A DNA stretch of 59,024 nt, the filler included, from Bipalium vagum (Eukaryota), in assembly GCA_037834085.1 (NCBI GenBank). It is 3 parts of 3 records of this genome, joined end to end, with 100 filler letters (N's around TTAATTAATTAA, not from the genome) between each part and the next. Parts side by side here need not be neighbours in the genome. Positions count along the whole stretch, not along the records: positions 1 to 26,960 come from JBBMKC010113317.1; positions 27,061 to 42,924 come from JBBMKC010134890.1; 1 more part is not named here. One strand, written 5' to 3'. The translations under genes were made by a program, and so were the position numbers. Below, in pieces: positions 25,073 through 37,100 of this stretch. Position 1 is the first letter of the stretch. Each line of letters begins with the position of its first letter. The notes beneath the pieces are model-generated. The model had not been told where the DNA came from, did not search any database, and saw nothing but the letters and a program-made list of their open reading frames with translations.

Positions 25073-25689
25073 GTAAGAAAAGATTTTTTTAATCGTGTTT
25101 GGTTTTCAATAAAATCTAGAGAACTCTTCTTAGATATAATTATCAAAAGGTCTAGGTATGAAACCCCATTCTTAATAATAAAAAAAAGTTACAATGACGA
25201 TGATAGTGTTGAATTAATTTTTCATGTTCAAATAGTTTTAATGTAATAAAGAACCCTGTAATATCATCGATGCAATATTATTGATAATTGACGGTCGACC
25301 AATTATTGGTTTATCTTGAAGGTCGAATTCTCCATTCCGGAATTTTGAAAATCATTTGTATACCGTAGATCGAGAAATAATTCCATTACCAAAAGCTTTA
25401 CTTATTCTATCTTAGGATTGACCAACATTTAAACATGATTTGTAATCATAAGATAATAGAAGATATACCTTCTCTCGTAATAGATGTGAATTTAGATTTG
25501 ATTTATCGGACATTTTATAGAGTCAACCCTCATTATCCGAAAACTTCATAGTCCGACAAAAAAAATTTATTTCGTCTATTTCCAGAAAAAATTGAATCAT
25601 TAATCCGAAAATTCATGATCCGCAATCAAAAAGATCTTTTTTGAATTAAAAATAAAAACCACAAATTTCCTAGTTCAAATTTTATACAA

Positions 25690-26200
25690 AAAAGATTATG
25701 AGAGCCCGGTAGAAATATGTAAAAGAATGGGAATACCGTTAAAGACAGTAAAAAGAACTGTCTCTAAAATAAAAATGTGATGCAGTCTTGAAAGAAAGAA
25801 ATGAATTGGAAGGATCAGAATATTTTTAAAAATAGATAGACTCAGAGAGAGAGACTCAGCTATTTTTTCATAAATTGTGAACACAAGAAAATTTTGATAT
25901 GTGTGAAGATATGACATATCATGGTTCCCCAAGAGTATAACACCATTTTAAACTACCTGCATCGATCAGGATTTTCAAAATTTGCTCCTTAGAGGATGTT
26001 AAATACAACCTGCAGGCGTGAAGAGAATAGAATTAAATGGTGTGAGAAAAACAGAATAACAAAATGGCATAACTGAAATTTTAGCGATGAAACCACTTTT
26101 GAACTGTATGACATGAAAGGAAAACGCTGGGCCAAAACTAGACCTGAGTTACGTGCTCCGAAATATGGACCGTCAATAATGACATGGGATACCATTAGCT
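25690..26200 (+). mobile_element. Tc1-like relic
   Basis: HTH-like start and FSDETTFEL near 26080. Confidence 0.65.
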
Positions 26201-26469
26201 TTTCGTGGAAATCATTATACATATTCATTATTTTTATCATGGTCCAGTATAATTTTCCGTTTAACACATTGAACAATCACCAAATATTTAATCACTTTCT
26301 GATTTTGTCCTCTGAAAGAAAATTGATAGAAAATTCTTCTGTTTCATTTTCGTAATATTTATGTTCATTACACATTCTTAAAATATAAATATATTTTTAT
26401 TGTACTCAGGTTTATATATTTCAATAAAATTATTATTATTATTATTTGAACAAACAATAAATCAAACAG

Positions 26470-26808
26470 TTGATATCTCAAGAAGTGGCTATTTTATCAT
26501 TGATAATAAAAGTATTACCGGTATTCCGAACTCAACTCTTTCGAACTCAGTGGTACAGTGGGATTTAATAAAAAGTGGCCACTTGATTACTCTCTTAGGG
26601 GGGACAGTAAAATACTTTACCGATAGTCGTTTCCCAATCAAAATGTCTGTCCTTTTTAAAAATGATGCCTATCAGAACTACGGTTCATGTTACGTAGGAA
26701 TAATAACATATCTATTTACCTGTAGGCAAAACGTAACGAGCATGAAATTTATATTTCATTCGTCCAGCTATAATGAAACCATTCATTTTATTAATATTAA
26801 AATTTACG
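26470..26808 (+). CDS. Mosaic gene exon: F5/8-C-like domain 4 (last visible exon before the gap)
   Basis: aaacag|...|gtaaga, phase 1-1, inside ORF 26400..26828. Ends HFINIKIYG like the other F exons and has an internal C...C pair as in domain 1. Confidence 0.65.
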
Positions 26809-26882
26809 GTAAGATATTATGTTTTTAAATTATTTATATTCTAATTTAATGATAAAAAGAACTACTTATCATCTTGTAAATT

Positions 26883-26883
26883 A

Positions 26884-26960
<77 letters not shown>
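26883..26960. repeat. (TAC)n microsatellite
   Basis: Direct reading; abuts the gap. Confidence 0.98.
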
Positions 26961-27060
26961 NNNNNNNNNNNNNNNNNNNNNNNNNNNNNNNNNNNNNNNN
27001 NNNNTTAATTAATTAANNNNNNNNNNNNNNNNNNNNNNNNNNNNNNNNNNNNNNNNNNNN
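26961..27060. other. Assembly gap with TTAATTAATTAA stop linker
   Basis: 44 N + ttaattaattaa + 44 N. Confidence 0.97.
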
Positions 27061-27117
<57 letters not shown>

Positions 27118-27137
27118 ATTATTATTATTATTATTAT
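27061..27137. repeat. (TTA)n microsatellite
   Basis: Direct reading. Confidence 0.97.
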
Positions 27138-27570
27138 AGGAATTATTATTTTTCTTTCTGTTATTTTTATTGAATTTCATAAAATCAATTGATTTTCGTT
27201 TAAAAAGACAATTCAAGAAGAAGGATAATAAAAGTAAAAAGTATTTAAGATAACGAAAAAAATCATTAGAAAATATTTTCCTATTTCTCTCTTTTCTAAC
27301 TAAAATCTAAAAATATATCCGATATCTTCTTAGAACCTCGAGGATTATCATTTAATTAACAGAAGACATTAAAACAGTGCACATGCCTTATATTACATGA
27401 AATAATATCCTCACAATGAAAAACATTGATTAATAGAGAGAGATTTCCACATATTGAGCAAGAAGTGACCTACTCTTGCTCATTTATTTTATTATATTCC
27501 TTGAGTCTAGACATAATTAGAGGTTCGTTAATATTCATTTTATTCATGATTCCGTGTGATAATGTATTCA

Positions 27571-27813
27571 TTAATATTTTTGGAAATTATTAGTGAATAT
27601 ATTTCCTATACCTCTTCTTCGATAAACATTGGAATATTGTCCGGTTTGGGATGACATCGATTCGCTCATATAATCCAAATCCATCGAATTATGATAAAGT
27701 TCGTTAGAATTCATTGAACCGTTCATACACATCGAATAATTTGGCTTTTCATTCGATTGAAAATAAACTCCATTTGCGATTCTATTTTGATTCATTTGAT
27801 TATTGTTTAGGAT
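27571..27813 (-). CDS. Terminal coding exon (N/S/M/Y-rich), possibly a distal C-terminus of the RRM gene
   Basis: atatttag| acceptor, phase 0, ILNNNQMNQNR...NNFQKY-stop (ORF 27571..27795). Linkage to the RRM gene crosses a gap and is inferred. Confidence 0.5.
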   Translation of the reverse strand: MLNNNQMNQNRIANGVYFQSNEKPNYSMCMNGSMNSNELYHNSMDLDYMSESMSSQTGQYSNVYRRRGIGNIFTNNFQKY

Positions 27814-28129
27814 CTAAATATTCAAAGAATTTCCATTAAACAATGATGGGTTTATTATTGATCAATAATATTTACAACACACTTTCAATTTTAGTAATAA
27901 AATTTTGACAAACATTTTAATTTTTTTCAATGTTTTCCTTATCTTTGATAATACTTAACAAGAGTAACAAATCTTTTGCATATTCCATGATTCAGTAATT
28001 TTATCAATATTTATTATTGTCTTCAGTTTTTGTAATATGATTATGTAAAAAACCCAGAATCGATCAACTATAAACCTGAAAGAGATTGTTTTCATTAAAT
28101 AGCTTTGATAAATGTAAAGGAAAGATTAC

Positions 28130-28500
28130 AAAAAGTCATAATGAGATATAATACGCACGTAGATGGTTAAGTTTGTGAAATCTAGTAGTTTATAACAAAA
28201 ACCTTTTTTCAAAATAATCTCCTCTAAAGTCAACACAATTTTGCAGGCAATCGAATCAATTTTCGAGGCATTTTTTCCATTCTGAAGCTGACAATTCAGA
28301 TACAAATATCTTGAATTTTTTTGGCAATTTTTAAAATTCTCTGTCGTATGCGTAGCAACATGTCTTTTTAAACCAAAGAAACAGGCAGTCATCTTTACAG
28401 AATTGTGAAACCGAACAACTTTTCTATTTTGAATTAACCTTTTAATACCAAAACATTGGATTGTTTCTGACTTTCACTGTCTTGCGAATAAATAATGATA
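28130..28500 (-). mobile_element. mariner-like catalytic-domain fragment
   Basis: KMTACFFGLKRHVAT resembles the mariner KxMxxxFF...GHVAT region. Confidence 0.5.
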
Positions 28501-28820
28501 ATTTAAATAGACGCTAAATTATGTATGACGACCTCTCTTATATTACTTGAGAAATTTTGGAACTATTTAACATAATATTTTTTTCAGATGTGTGATTGCG
28601 TGATATTCAACAGCTGAAAAGCTTCTAAACCTTCCGGTGGTCATGCGAAATGAGTACTATTCCTTTCATTTAATACTAATGGATGTCTCAATTTCACGCT
28701 GTGTTATAAATATCTCTTTCAATCCTTTTAAAAGAATCAAATATTTGTGACAAATGGGGTGTAGACAGGCCACTCTCGTGAAATTCATCCCCCAGACTTC
28801 TGCATTCACGCTGGATTCTA

Positions 28821-29820
28821 CTAGGTTGGTGCAAAAATAATGTCGTTTTTTTGGTAAGTCATTAATCTCATTCATTTTAATAAATGTTTTGTTTGAATAT
28901 TCAATATATTTAGATAAATTTTTGAAAGGGATATGATACCCTTGAAGATGAGGATGGTCGCAGAGATAATCGAAGCTGATTCATCAAAATCCACTAGGGA
29001 AGTCGGACTGGAACTTGCGGTTGATCATGCAACAGTACCTCGTTACTTAGACGAAAATGGAAAGGTGAAAAAAATGAATAAGTGGGTGCCACATGACCTG
29101 AGCGAAAAAATTGTCGTTTCGAAGTGGCATCTTCTTTGCTTTTGCGCAACAACCGCGACCAATTTCTCAATCGAATCATGATGTGTAATGAGAAATGGAT
29201 TCTCTGGGACAATCGGCGACGTTAGGCACAATGGTTGGATAGAAATGAAACTCCGAAACATTTCCCAAAGCCAAATTTGCATCCTGAAAAAACTACGGTG
29301 GCTGTTTGGTGCTCCATAGCCGATCTGATCCATCACAGCTTCCTAAATCCGGGCGAAACTATTACAGCAGAAACATACTGCCAGCAAATAGACGAGATGC
29401 ATAGGAAACTTCTGGTCATCTGTCCGGGACTGGTCAATAGAAAAGGTCCAATTCTGCTGCACAACGTACGTCCAAACGTCGAACAAACAACATTGCAGAA
29501 AATAAAAAATTTGGACTACAAGATTTTTACTTACCCCCCATATTCGTTAGATCTCTCGCCAACAGATTTCCATTTCTTTAAGGCTCTGGATAATTTATTG
29601 GTCAATAGGTACTTCGAAACCCGAGCCAATGTGTAAATGGCCTTTGATGAGTTTGTTGCCTCCAGGAACAAAGACTTTTATTCCACATGCATAAATAAAC
29701 TCAGCAGAAATGTATTGACTCGCATGGAAATTATTTTGATTAATAAAGTTTATTTTCCATTGAATTATGACGTTTTTACTTTTATAGCTGTAAAACGAAA
29801 TTATTTTTGCAAACTTTTTG
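28821..29820 (+). mobile_element. mariner (cecropia/Hsmar1-like), internally deleted, both TIRs present
   Basis: TA+CTAGGTTGGTGCAAAAATAATG...AAACGAAATTATTTTTGCAAAC; WVPHDL, PKHFPKPNLH, YSLDLSPTDFHFF; frameshifts. Confidence 0.93.
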
Positions 29821-32760
29821 TAAAAATATTTTTTTGATGATTCTTCATTCCGAAAGGCTAATTGAACTCGTTTTTGATATTGCTTTGGTGAAAGACCACA
29901 TTTAAAATCAAATTAAATTGTCGAACGATAATTTCTTGGTGAAAAAACATTTATAACTCTTATCTCAAATGTTACATATTTAAAAAAAATTCATAAATTT
30001 AGATTTTTACAAATGATTTATACTAATTCGAGTTGAATTTTATGATTATGTCCGTTTTAAAATGGGTATATCACTTAAAGTACCCGATTATATAAACTTT
30101 CCAACACAGTAAGACAATTTATTTAACATTCAGAATTTTAAGTTTCAAAATTGTCTTGAATTGAAAAGCCATCCAGAAATAATTTTTTAAAATTTAAGTA
30201 CTCAACAATTTTTTAGGGTTAAGTATTTTCATTGATTTAATAAAAAAACTTATAATAAAAGTATTAACTTGTAATAAATAAAATTTAATAATTTCAAAAT
30301 TCTTTGAAAATTGATGTTAGTTGTGTAATGCGAGGCTTTCTAAAAGCAAATATTTTTCAAAAAATATTCTAAAAAATATCTAAAAAAACACACAGGTAAA
30401 TATAATTCTACCGCATCAGCTGAATTTATCAAAATATAAAGCAGCGGAGTTAGGCTAATCCTGATACGTCTTATTCGTATATTTTTGTTTAATTCGTACA
30501 GTTTCTATTGTACCAAAATGTAATATAGGATTTTATTGCTTGTACCGTTCGGCTAACCCAAAATGAAAATTCAAAAAATTTTAATTAGATATTTTTCTAA
30601 TTTGGATAAAATTTGTTTTAAAAAAGAAATTTAACAGAATATTATTTGAAATTAAGTAATAAAATTTAATATTAATTATAATTAGCCTGGTTATTATTTA
30701 ATTTAATAAATCAAAAATGTCAAAGATATGAAATATATTTGAATCGTAAGTATGAAACTATACAATATGTCGTTGAAAGTTTTATACTTCATAATAAAAA
30801 ATTTTGAAGAGATAAAACAACATTTAAAACTTGTTGATTTCAATGATTTCGTAAATTTTGATTCTGAATGTTAAGAAGTCTAGATTTTACCGTCTCTAAA
30901 ATCTTTTCCTTACTTAGTTGAGCAACAATAAGTAATCATAATAAAATGATGATGTCAATAAATGAAATTTGGATAGAAATAATTATTTATATATTAATAT
31001 TATAATTATTATATATATTTTATTATATATATTTTTATATTAATTAAGTTTTTGGTAAAATCTAATCTACAAACACATTTATATATCATAGTGAATATGT
31101 CAAAGATTATTTTTTAAAAATCAATCATTTTTTGATGGAGGTAGAAAAGGAAATTATTAATCGATCAAAGCAATTGAAAATTGTCATAAATTGATAACAT
31201 TGAGAATTTTATTGAAACCTTTTTTTAAAAAAATGTTTTTTCATGTAATCAATATTATCTTGATTCGGATATCAGGTAATCCAAAGCAAACCTCGCCATC
31301 TCCAACCAAAGGGAATTAGCCGAAATACACTACATATTAATATTAAGCAGATTCAAACTTGAATCAAAATATGTTTGATGATTTCCTTAATAAAATCATC
31401 TATTCATTCTTTATCTTTGAAAAGTACACGGAGGAACTTTATATTGATAAAGAGAGTTTTGGATTAATGTTTAAAACTTATATCATTTTTCCTCTATTAT
31501 TATTTTATACTCTCATCTCCTCAAATATCTCATTCTACCAAGCCAACCTGGCCAGGAATATTTCTTTCAACAACTTATCGATCATTAAAGTTTTTCATCT
31601 GTTTTAAACATTATTTGCTATTTCAAATGAATAAAAGAAAAAATAAAATCTTCTTTCATATAAGTAAAAAAATTGCTGACATTAAACAGTAAAAGTTCGA
31701 AATTATAAAAAATTATTTTCAAAAAATCCAAAAAGAAATGCAGACAAAAAATAAAATTACTGGATATCAAAATAAAATAATCCTTTGAAAATTTCTAAAG
31801 AAATCATTAAAATGAATTATTTAACCAAATTATAAAATTTCTTGTGAAGAGAAAAAAGTTCGTAAAAGTCAACCGAATTTGTACAATATTATTATACATA
31901 ATTATGTTTCGCAAAATCCAAATATCAATACAATGAAGTCGGATCCTTAACTGCACCTAGAAACCCGACCGAATTTCCATTCGACTTTATAGTAAAGACA
32001 AAACTGGGAACTGTTAATGTAAATATCCCCATCCCCAGCTTATTAGCAGTTAATCAGTATTTTGAAACATCAAAAAAGATAAACGGCCGACTCAACAAAG
32101 TATTCTAAACTCTATTTCCGACTTCATATAATTTTATTTCTTTAAAAAAGCCACAAATTCAATTATACGAATTTAATGCTTCCCTTTTGAAAAAGAGGAA
32201 TATTTATATATTTTAAAAAGCAGAATTTGCTAGTTTCATGATTTTTCGATAAAGTATAATACTTAAATATTTTAATTTCCTCTATTGTCCTTTAAAGGTT
32301 GTCAAAGGGTTGAAAATGTTTTTTTGTTTGTGAAGGTATAACCAAATATCGGCTACAATTATTCTTTACTGAAATTGGAAGAGGATTAAGAGTGTCCTCA
32401 ATTATATCGATCAATATATTATAATAGTCCACTGAAATGGATATTATATATAAATCAAAAACTATTGAAAAAAAAGAAATATATGTATATATATATATAT
32501 ATATATATAAAAGAATATATTTCTCCATTTAAAGATTAACAATTGGCATAAAGCCAAAATTGGGAATTCTTAAGAAAAAGTACGTAGCTTCAAGTATAAA
32601 CATATATAATTCCATGGAGCGCATAAAGATAAATTTAGTATTGTGGTTGTATTATGTATGTAAATTAGTGCCCATCGTCTTGTTATAGATTAATTATTAT
32701 TATAAATATCGTGTATTTTTCATTGAAAAAAAATCAAAAAGTAATATTGTGATATATCCA

Positions 32761-33350
32761 TTAGGTGGACCAGAAAGTAGTTTCGGTTTTTGTTTAAGTA
32801 CTTCATTAATATTTATCATTTGATTGCTATTGTTAAAATCAATTTGAATACATTTTAAATTTAAAGTATCTTATTTCCTTGTAAATTATTGAATATTAAA
32901 CTTTTTTGTAGTTGTACTTTTAATGGTCACTCAAATACCAGAAGAGATGCATATCCGGCATTGAATGCTGTTTGAATTTAATAAGGACAGTAGCGCACAC
33001 AGTTGCACCAAAAAAAATTACGATGTCTATTCAAAATCATTATACGTTCGCAAATGCCAAGTGGTTTAAATCCGCTAATTTTGACGTTTTGGACTCGCAT
33101 CGATCAGGAAGACCATCATCTTTGAATAATGCCATCTTAAGGGCGAATGTAAAAGCAAATAAATGTTAGACTATTGAAGAAATATCAAACACACTTAATT
33201 AAGAACCATCCAAGAACATTGGCGCCAGATTGGCAAAGTAAGTAAAACAAATATTTTGGTATCTCATAAACTGTCCGAAAGCAAGAGTTAATCGAAATAA
33301 TACATGTCATTTATTGTTTCAACAATCTAGTGAAGGAATATCAATATAGT
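32761..33350 (+). mobile_element. mariner 5' fragment
   Basis: TIR ttaggtggaccagaaagt; KWFKSANFDVLDSHRSGRPSSL. Confidence 0.8.
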
Positions 33351-33479
33351 ATATATAAGATATCAATAGTTAGTATTTGTTTTAGCTGATTTATTTATTT
33401 TAGTGAAAATTAAGTCTTAGATCAAGAAAAAAGCATTTGAGGTAATCATTATTATTTTACTACAATTTAAAGAAATTAG

Positions 33480-34140
33480 CATCTGAAGCCCATAAATTAA
33501 TGACAAAAGTTTACGATGAATATACCATATCCCAGGATGGTGTCGATGATTTAATACAGGTAACTTTAGCGACGAAGACAAATAACGTTCAGGACAACAA
33601 AAGAAGTTCGAAGATGAATTTTTCGAATTTTTTTTTCGATGAATTATCAAAGAAGATCTATGCCAAACGCTTGAAGAAATAACAGACATTGAATTTTTAC
33701 AGGTCAACTGCTGGTAAACAGATGCACGCATTGGGAATGATCCAAAAGTGTGGAAATGGATATCATATGATTTGACCAAAATACAGCAAGAAAGTCACAA
33801 AACTGTTTGCGAAATGTTACTTACAAAATACTCATTTTGTTTCGAATTATAACTGGTGATAAAAATTGGGTGTGATATAAGAATTTTGCAAGCTCAGAAA
33901 ATCATCCGAAACTGTAACTGGTGATCGATATCAGTAGTAATTACTCGATTTGAGTCAAGCAATGAATACCAAGAGACCACAATATGGTCTAAGACATAAA
34001 CAGATAATTTTGCGATAACGCCAAACCACATCTTGCAAAACCTGTTAAAGAAACATTGAAAAGACTTAGCTATGAGGTTCTACTTCACCAGCCGCACTCA
34101 CCAAACATAGTGAAGCATCTGACTACCACTCGTTTCAATC
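33480..34140 (+). mobile_element. mariner relic
   Basis: GMIQKCGNG, RIITGDKNWV, DNAKPHLAKPVKETL, PHSP...SDYH. Confidence 0.8.
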
Positions 34141-37100
34141 AGTCTTTTTTCAAAAGTAATCTCATTGATTTATGCCTTTGAATTTTTTTGTCCATGAGTG
34201 CAAAGTCTGAAAGTTCTTATTCAAATTTAAAGTATAGAATACAAGACAGAACAATAAAATTTCGAACTCAGATTTATAGAAATACATACCAAAAAGGTAG
34301 ATTATTATTGAAAGTTTCTAAATGATAGCTAGGAATTAAGAGATTTTTAGTATTTTCGACAAGAATGACATGAAATATAAAGGGGTTGCTTTTAATCCGG
34401 AGTAACCAAACTCCACTATATTATAATATTAATCAGATTCAAACGAAAATCAAAAAATGTTAAATGATTTCTTTAATAAATCCCGTATTGATCGACAACT
34501 CTTAACATCACATATAATGGGAAAAATATAATTCTTCAAATAATGTGTTTCTTAATGTGAAGATTGAGTTTCTGATTTTTTTTTATTTAAACTTATGAAA
34601 CAGAATAAGTATTATTAATAATATAACTTAATTAAAGATTAAAATTTTTTTAAAAACATAAAATTAAAACAAAATAATAAGTATTGATTTTTACACGAAG
34701 GTTATATTTTCAATTATGAAGTATTTTATTATTGTTTTAGTATTTAATAAATTTTTATTCTTCTGACTCTGATAAGTAAAAAAAATTTTTAAATCAATCT
34801 TGGTCACTGTCACTACCATTTTCCAGTTGAAGGTGTGAAATAAACAATAATTCAAGAAATTTATTTTGAAACGAGAAATAAATTTTAATTAAAAATTATT
34901 AATACGTTTGCGACAAATGTTCATTTGGGTGCTGAAGATATTCAGAGGATCTCGAAATTAATATACCAATAGTTGATATCTGGAATATCAGCAGAAAGAA
35001 CAAAAATTGTTGGTTCATTGTCTTAAGAAATTTCAAGGAAACCGAAATCCGGTAATATAGTAAATTTGATTGAGACCTCTTTTCTTTTATTTTATCTAAC
35101 CAACGGAGATCGTTTTTCATACACGAGTGGGTTGGAAATGTTACGAGAGATCTTTTTGAAGAAATTTAAGAAATTGTCAAATGGTAAAGTAGGCGGTAGC
35201 AAATGAAACAAGAAAACTGACATAATGACTTAAGAAAAAACAAAATCATTAAAGTGCAAAAAACAAAATCAATAACAAAAGTAGACAAATTAGTTTTACT
35301 GAAAAAGTTTGAAAAATAATAAATAATAAATAATAATAATAATTCTTTAAATTTCACATGAGGTATCTCGATCGTTTTTGTAATTAAGGAAATCTTTAAA
35401 ATATTTTCAATCAAAATAGTAAATACATTTGCTGAATTGTAAATATAATTCGGAACCAGTCCTGGTCTGATAATGGAGTCTTGACGATGATGTGGAGCAC
35501 TGATTACGTTACCTCGACAATGGAGAGAACCTTCGATAGAATAAGAAGCATCTGAACGAAAAATAAAGACATTGAAAAAACTCACTACTTCATTTTTACA
35601 GTTAACAATTAAATAATATTTATTTTCCAAAAGATAATTGCAACACCTAATAGAGCTACAATTAAAGACAGCTCTCATTTTCAGCTTTTCAAAGCGGGAT
35701 TATTTTGAATATATATTTGAGGTTAATTTTCATGAATTATGGAAGATTCGATTAATATTTCAATTACCAGGAATATTATAATTGAATTCCTTTCTCAAAA
35801 CTTTATACAAATTATAATTCTCACACTTTGAAACAAAATAAAATATTAAAAATAAAAACTAAATTTTTAAAGGCCAAAACTTATTACATGTTGACTAATT
35901 TCAGAAAAATATAAAATAATTCTTATAAGATATATTTATATATAATACTTAGAAGACCAATAATTTTAATTCTATATTTCTAATATTTAAAAACGGAGTT
36001 TTAATGAAAAGTATTAATTAAAATATTTTGAAAATTTAATTTAATTACATTTTTATTCACAATACTTTTCAAATGAAAATAAGTTTGATAAATATAAAAA
36101 TCGACGTAGCAAAATGTTTTTTCGGTTCTTAATCTAATATTAAATAAAACCAAGAAAACCACAAATTCTCTTTATAACAACATTTTTTAAATTTAAAAAT
36201 TAAATTATTTTCAAAATACTTTGGAAAGATATTCAAAAATAACAAGGTTCTTCTGAAGAACTTCTAAGTTCAATATTGGATGTGATATTTTATTTAATTT
36301 CTTTTACAAGACTATCTCTAATAATCCTACATTGTTTTTCATAATTTAAAACAGGGCAATATTTCGTTGTGAACTCTGTTCTTCATTTACTCATAATAAT
36401 AGTTATAAATGATAAACATAAATTACTCTGAAACAATAATTTTTATGCAAAATATTTCTCTCTGATTGCATATTAAAAAGTAGGAAGTATTTTTTTTACA
36501 TAACGAACTATAAAGATTAATGATTTCATCATTTCGTTTTACCTAAATGATTGAATATTTTGCTCCATCACGGAAATTATTCAGCTGCGTTTTACTATTT
36601 ATAATTCCTCAAAATATTTTCCCCTCCGAAACCAATTTCGAAGAAAATATTAATTTTTTCTCTTTTACTTCAAAATTTTAAAAATGTTAATTTTCGTTCT
36701 TTAGCAAATCTTCTTAAGCTTATATAAAGCTTGAAACAATAAAAATAATTTTAAATAATAAATAAATAAAATCAGTGAAAATAAATAACGTACAACATTT
36801 TATTATTTATTAATTGTAAAAAAAACTTATTTTCATAATTTTTCAATATTTAACGATAATTTTTGATTTCTTTTATGAAAGCTTTCCAATCCTGGAAAAG
36901 GCACAAACTCGAAACACGCTTTTAACAATTGGTTTATTTTTAATTTTTATGACCCTTTTTATTAATTTTATCTTCGTTGCATAAATTGGGCATTTTCATC
37001 AGTGAAATTAAACAAAAATAAAATAGAAATGAAAATAAAATATACAATAAAACATAAGTGTGCCAATAAATTGTTCACAATTTTGTTAAGCAATTAAAGC

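Noticed and set aside
27005-27016. Palindromic TTAATTAATTAA inside both N-runs
   Set aside because: Identical in both gaps and gives stops in all frames: an artificial scaffolding linker, not biology.
26819-27016. Poly-Thr ORF that could look like a mucin stalk
   Set aside because: Translation of the (TAC)n microsatellite next to the gap; no splice acceptor links it to the gene.
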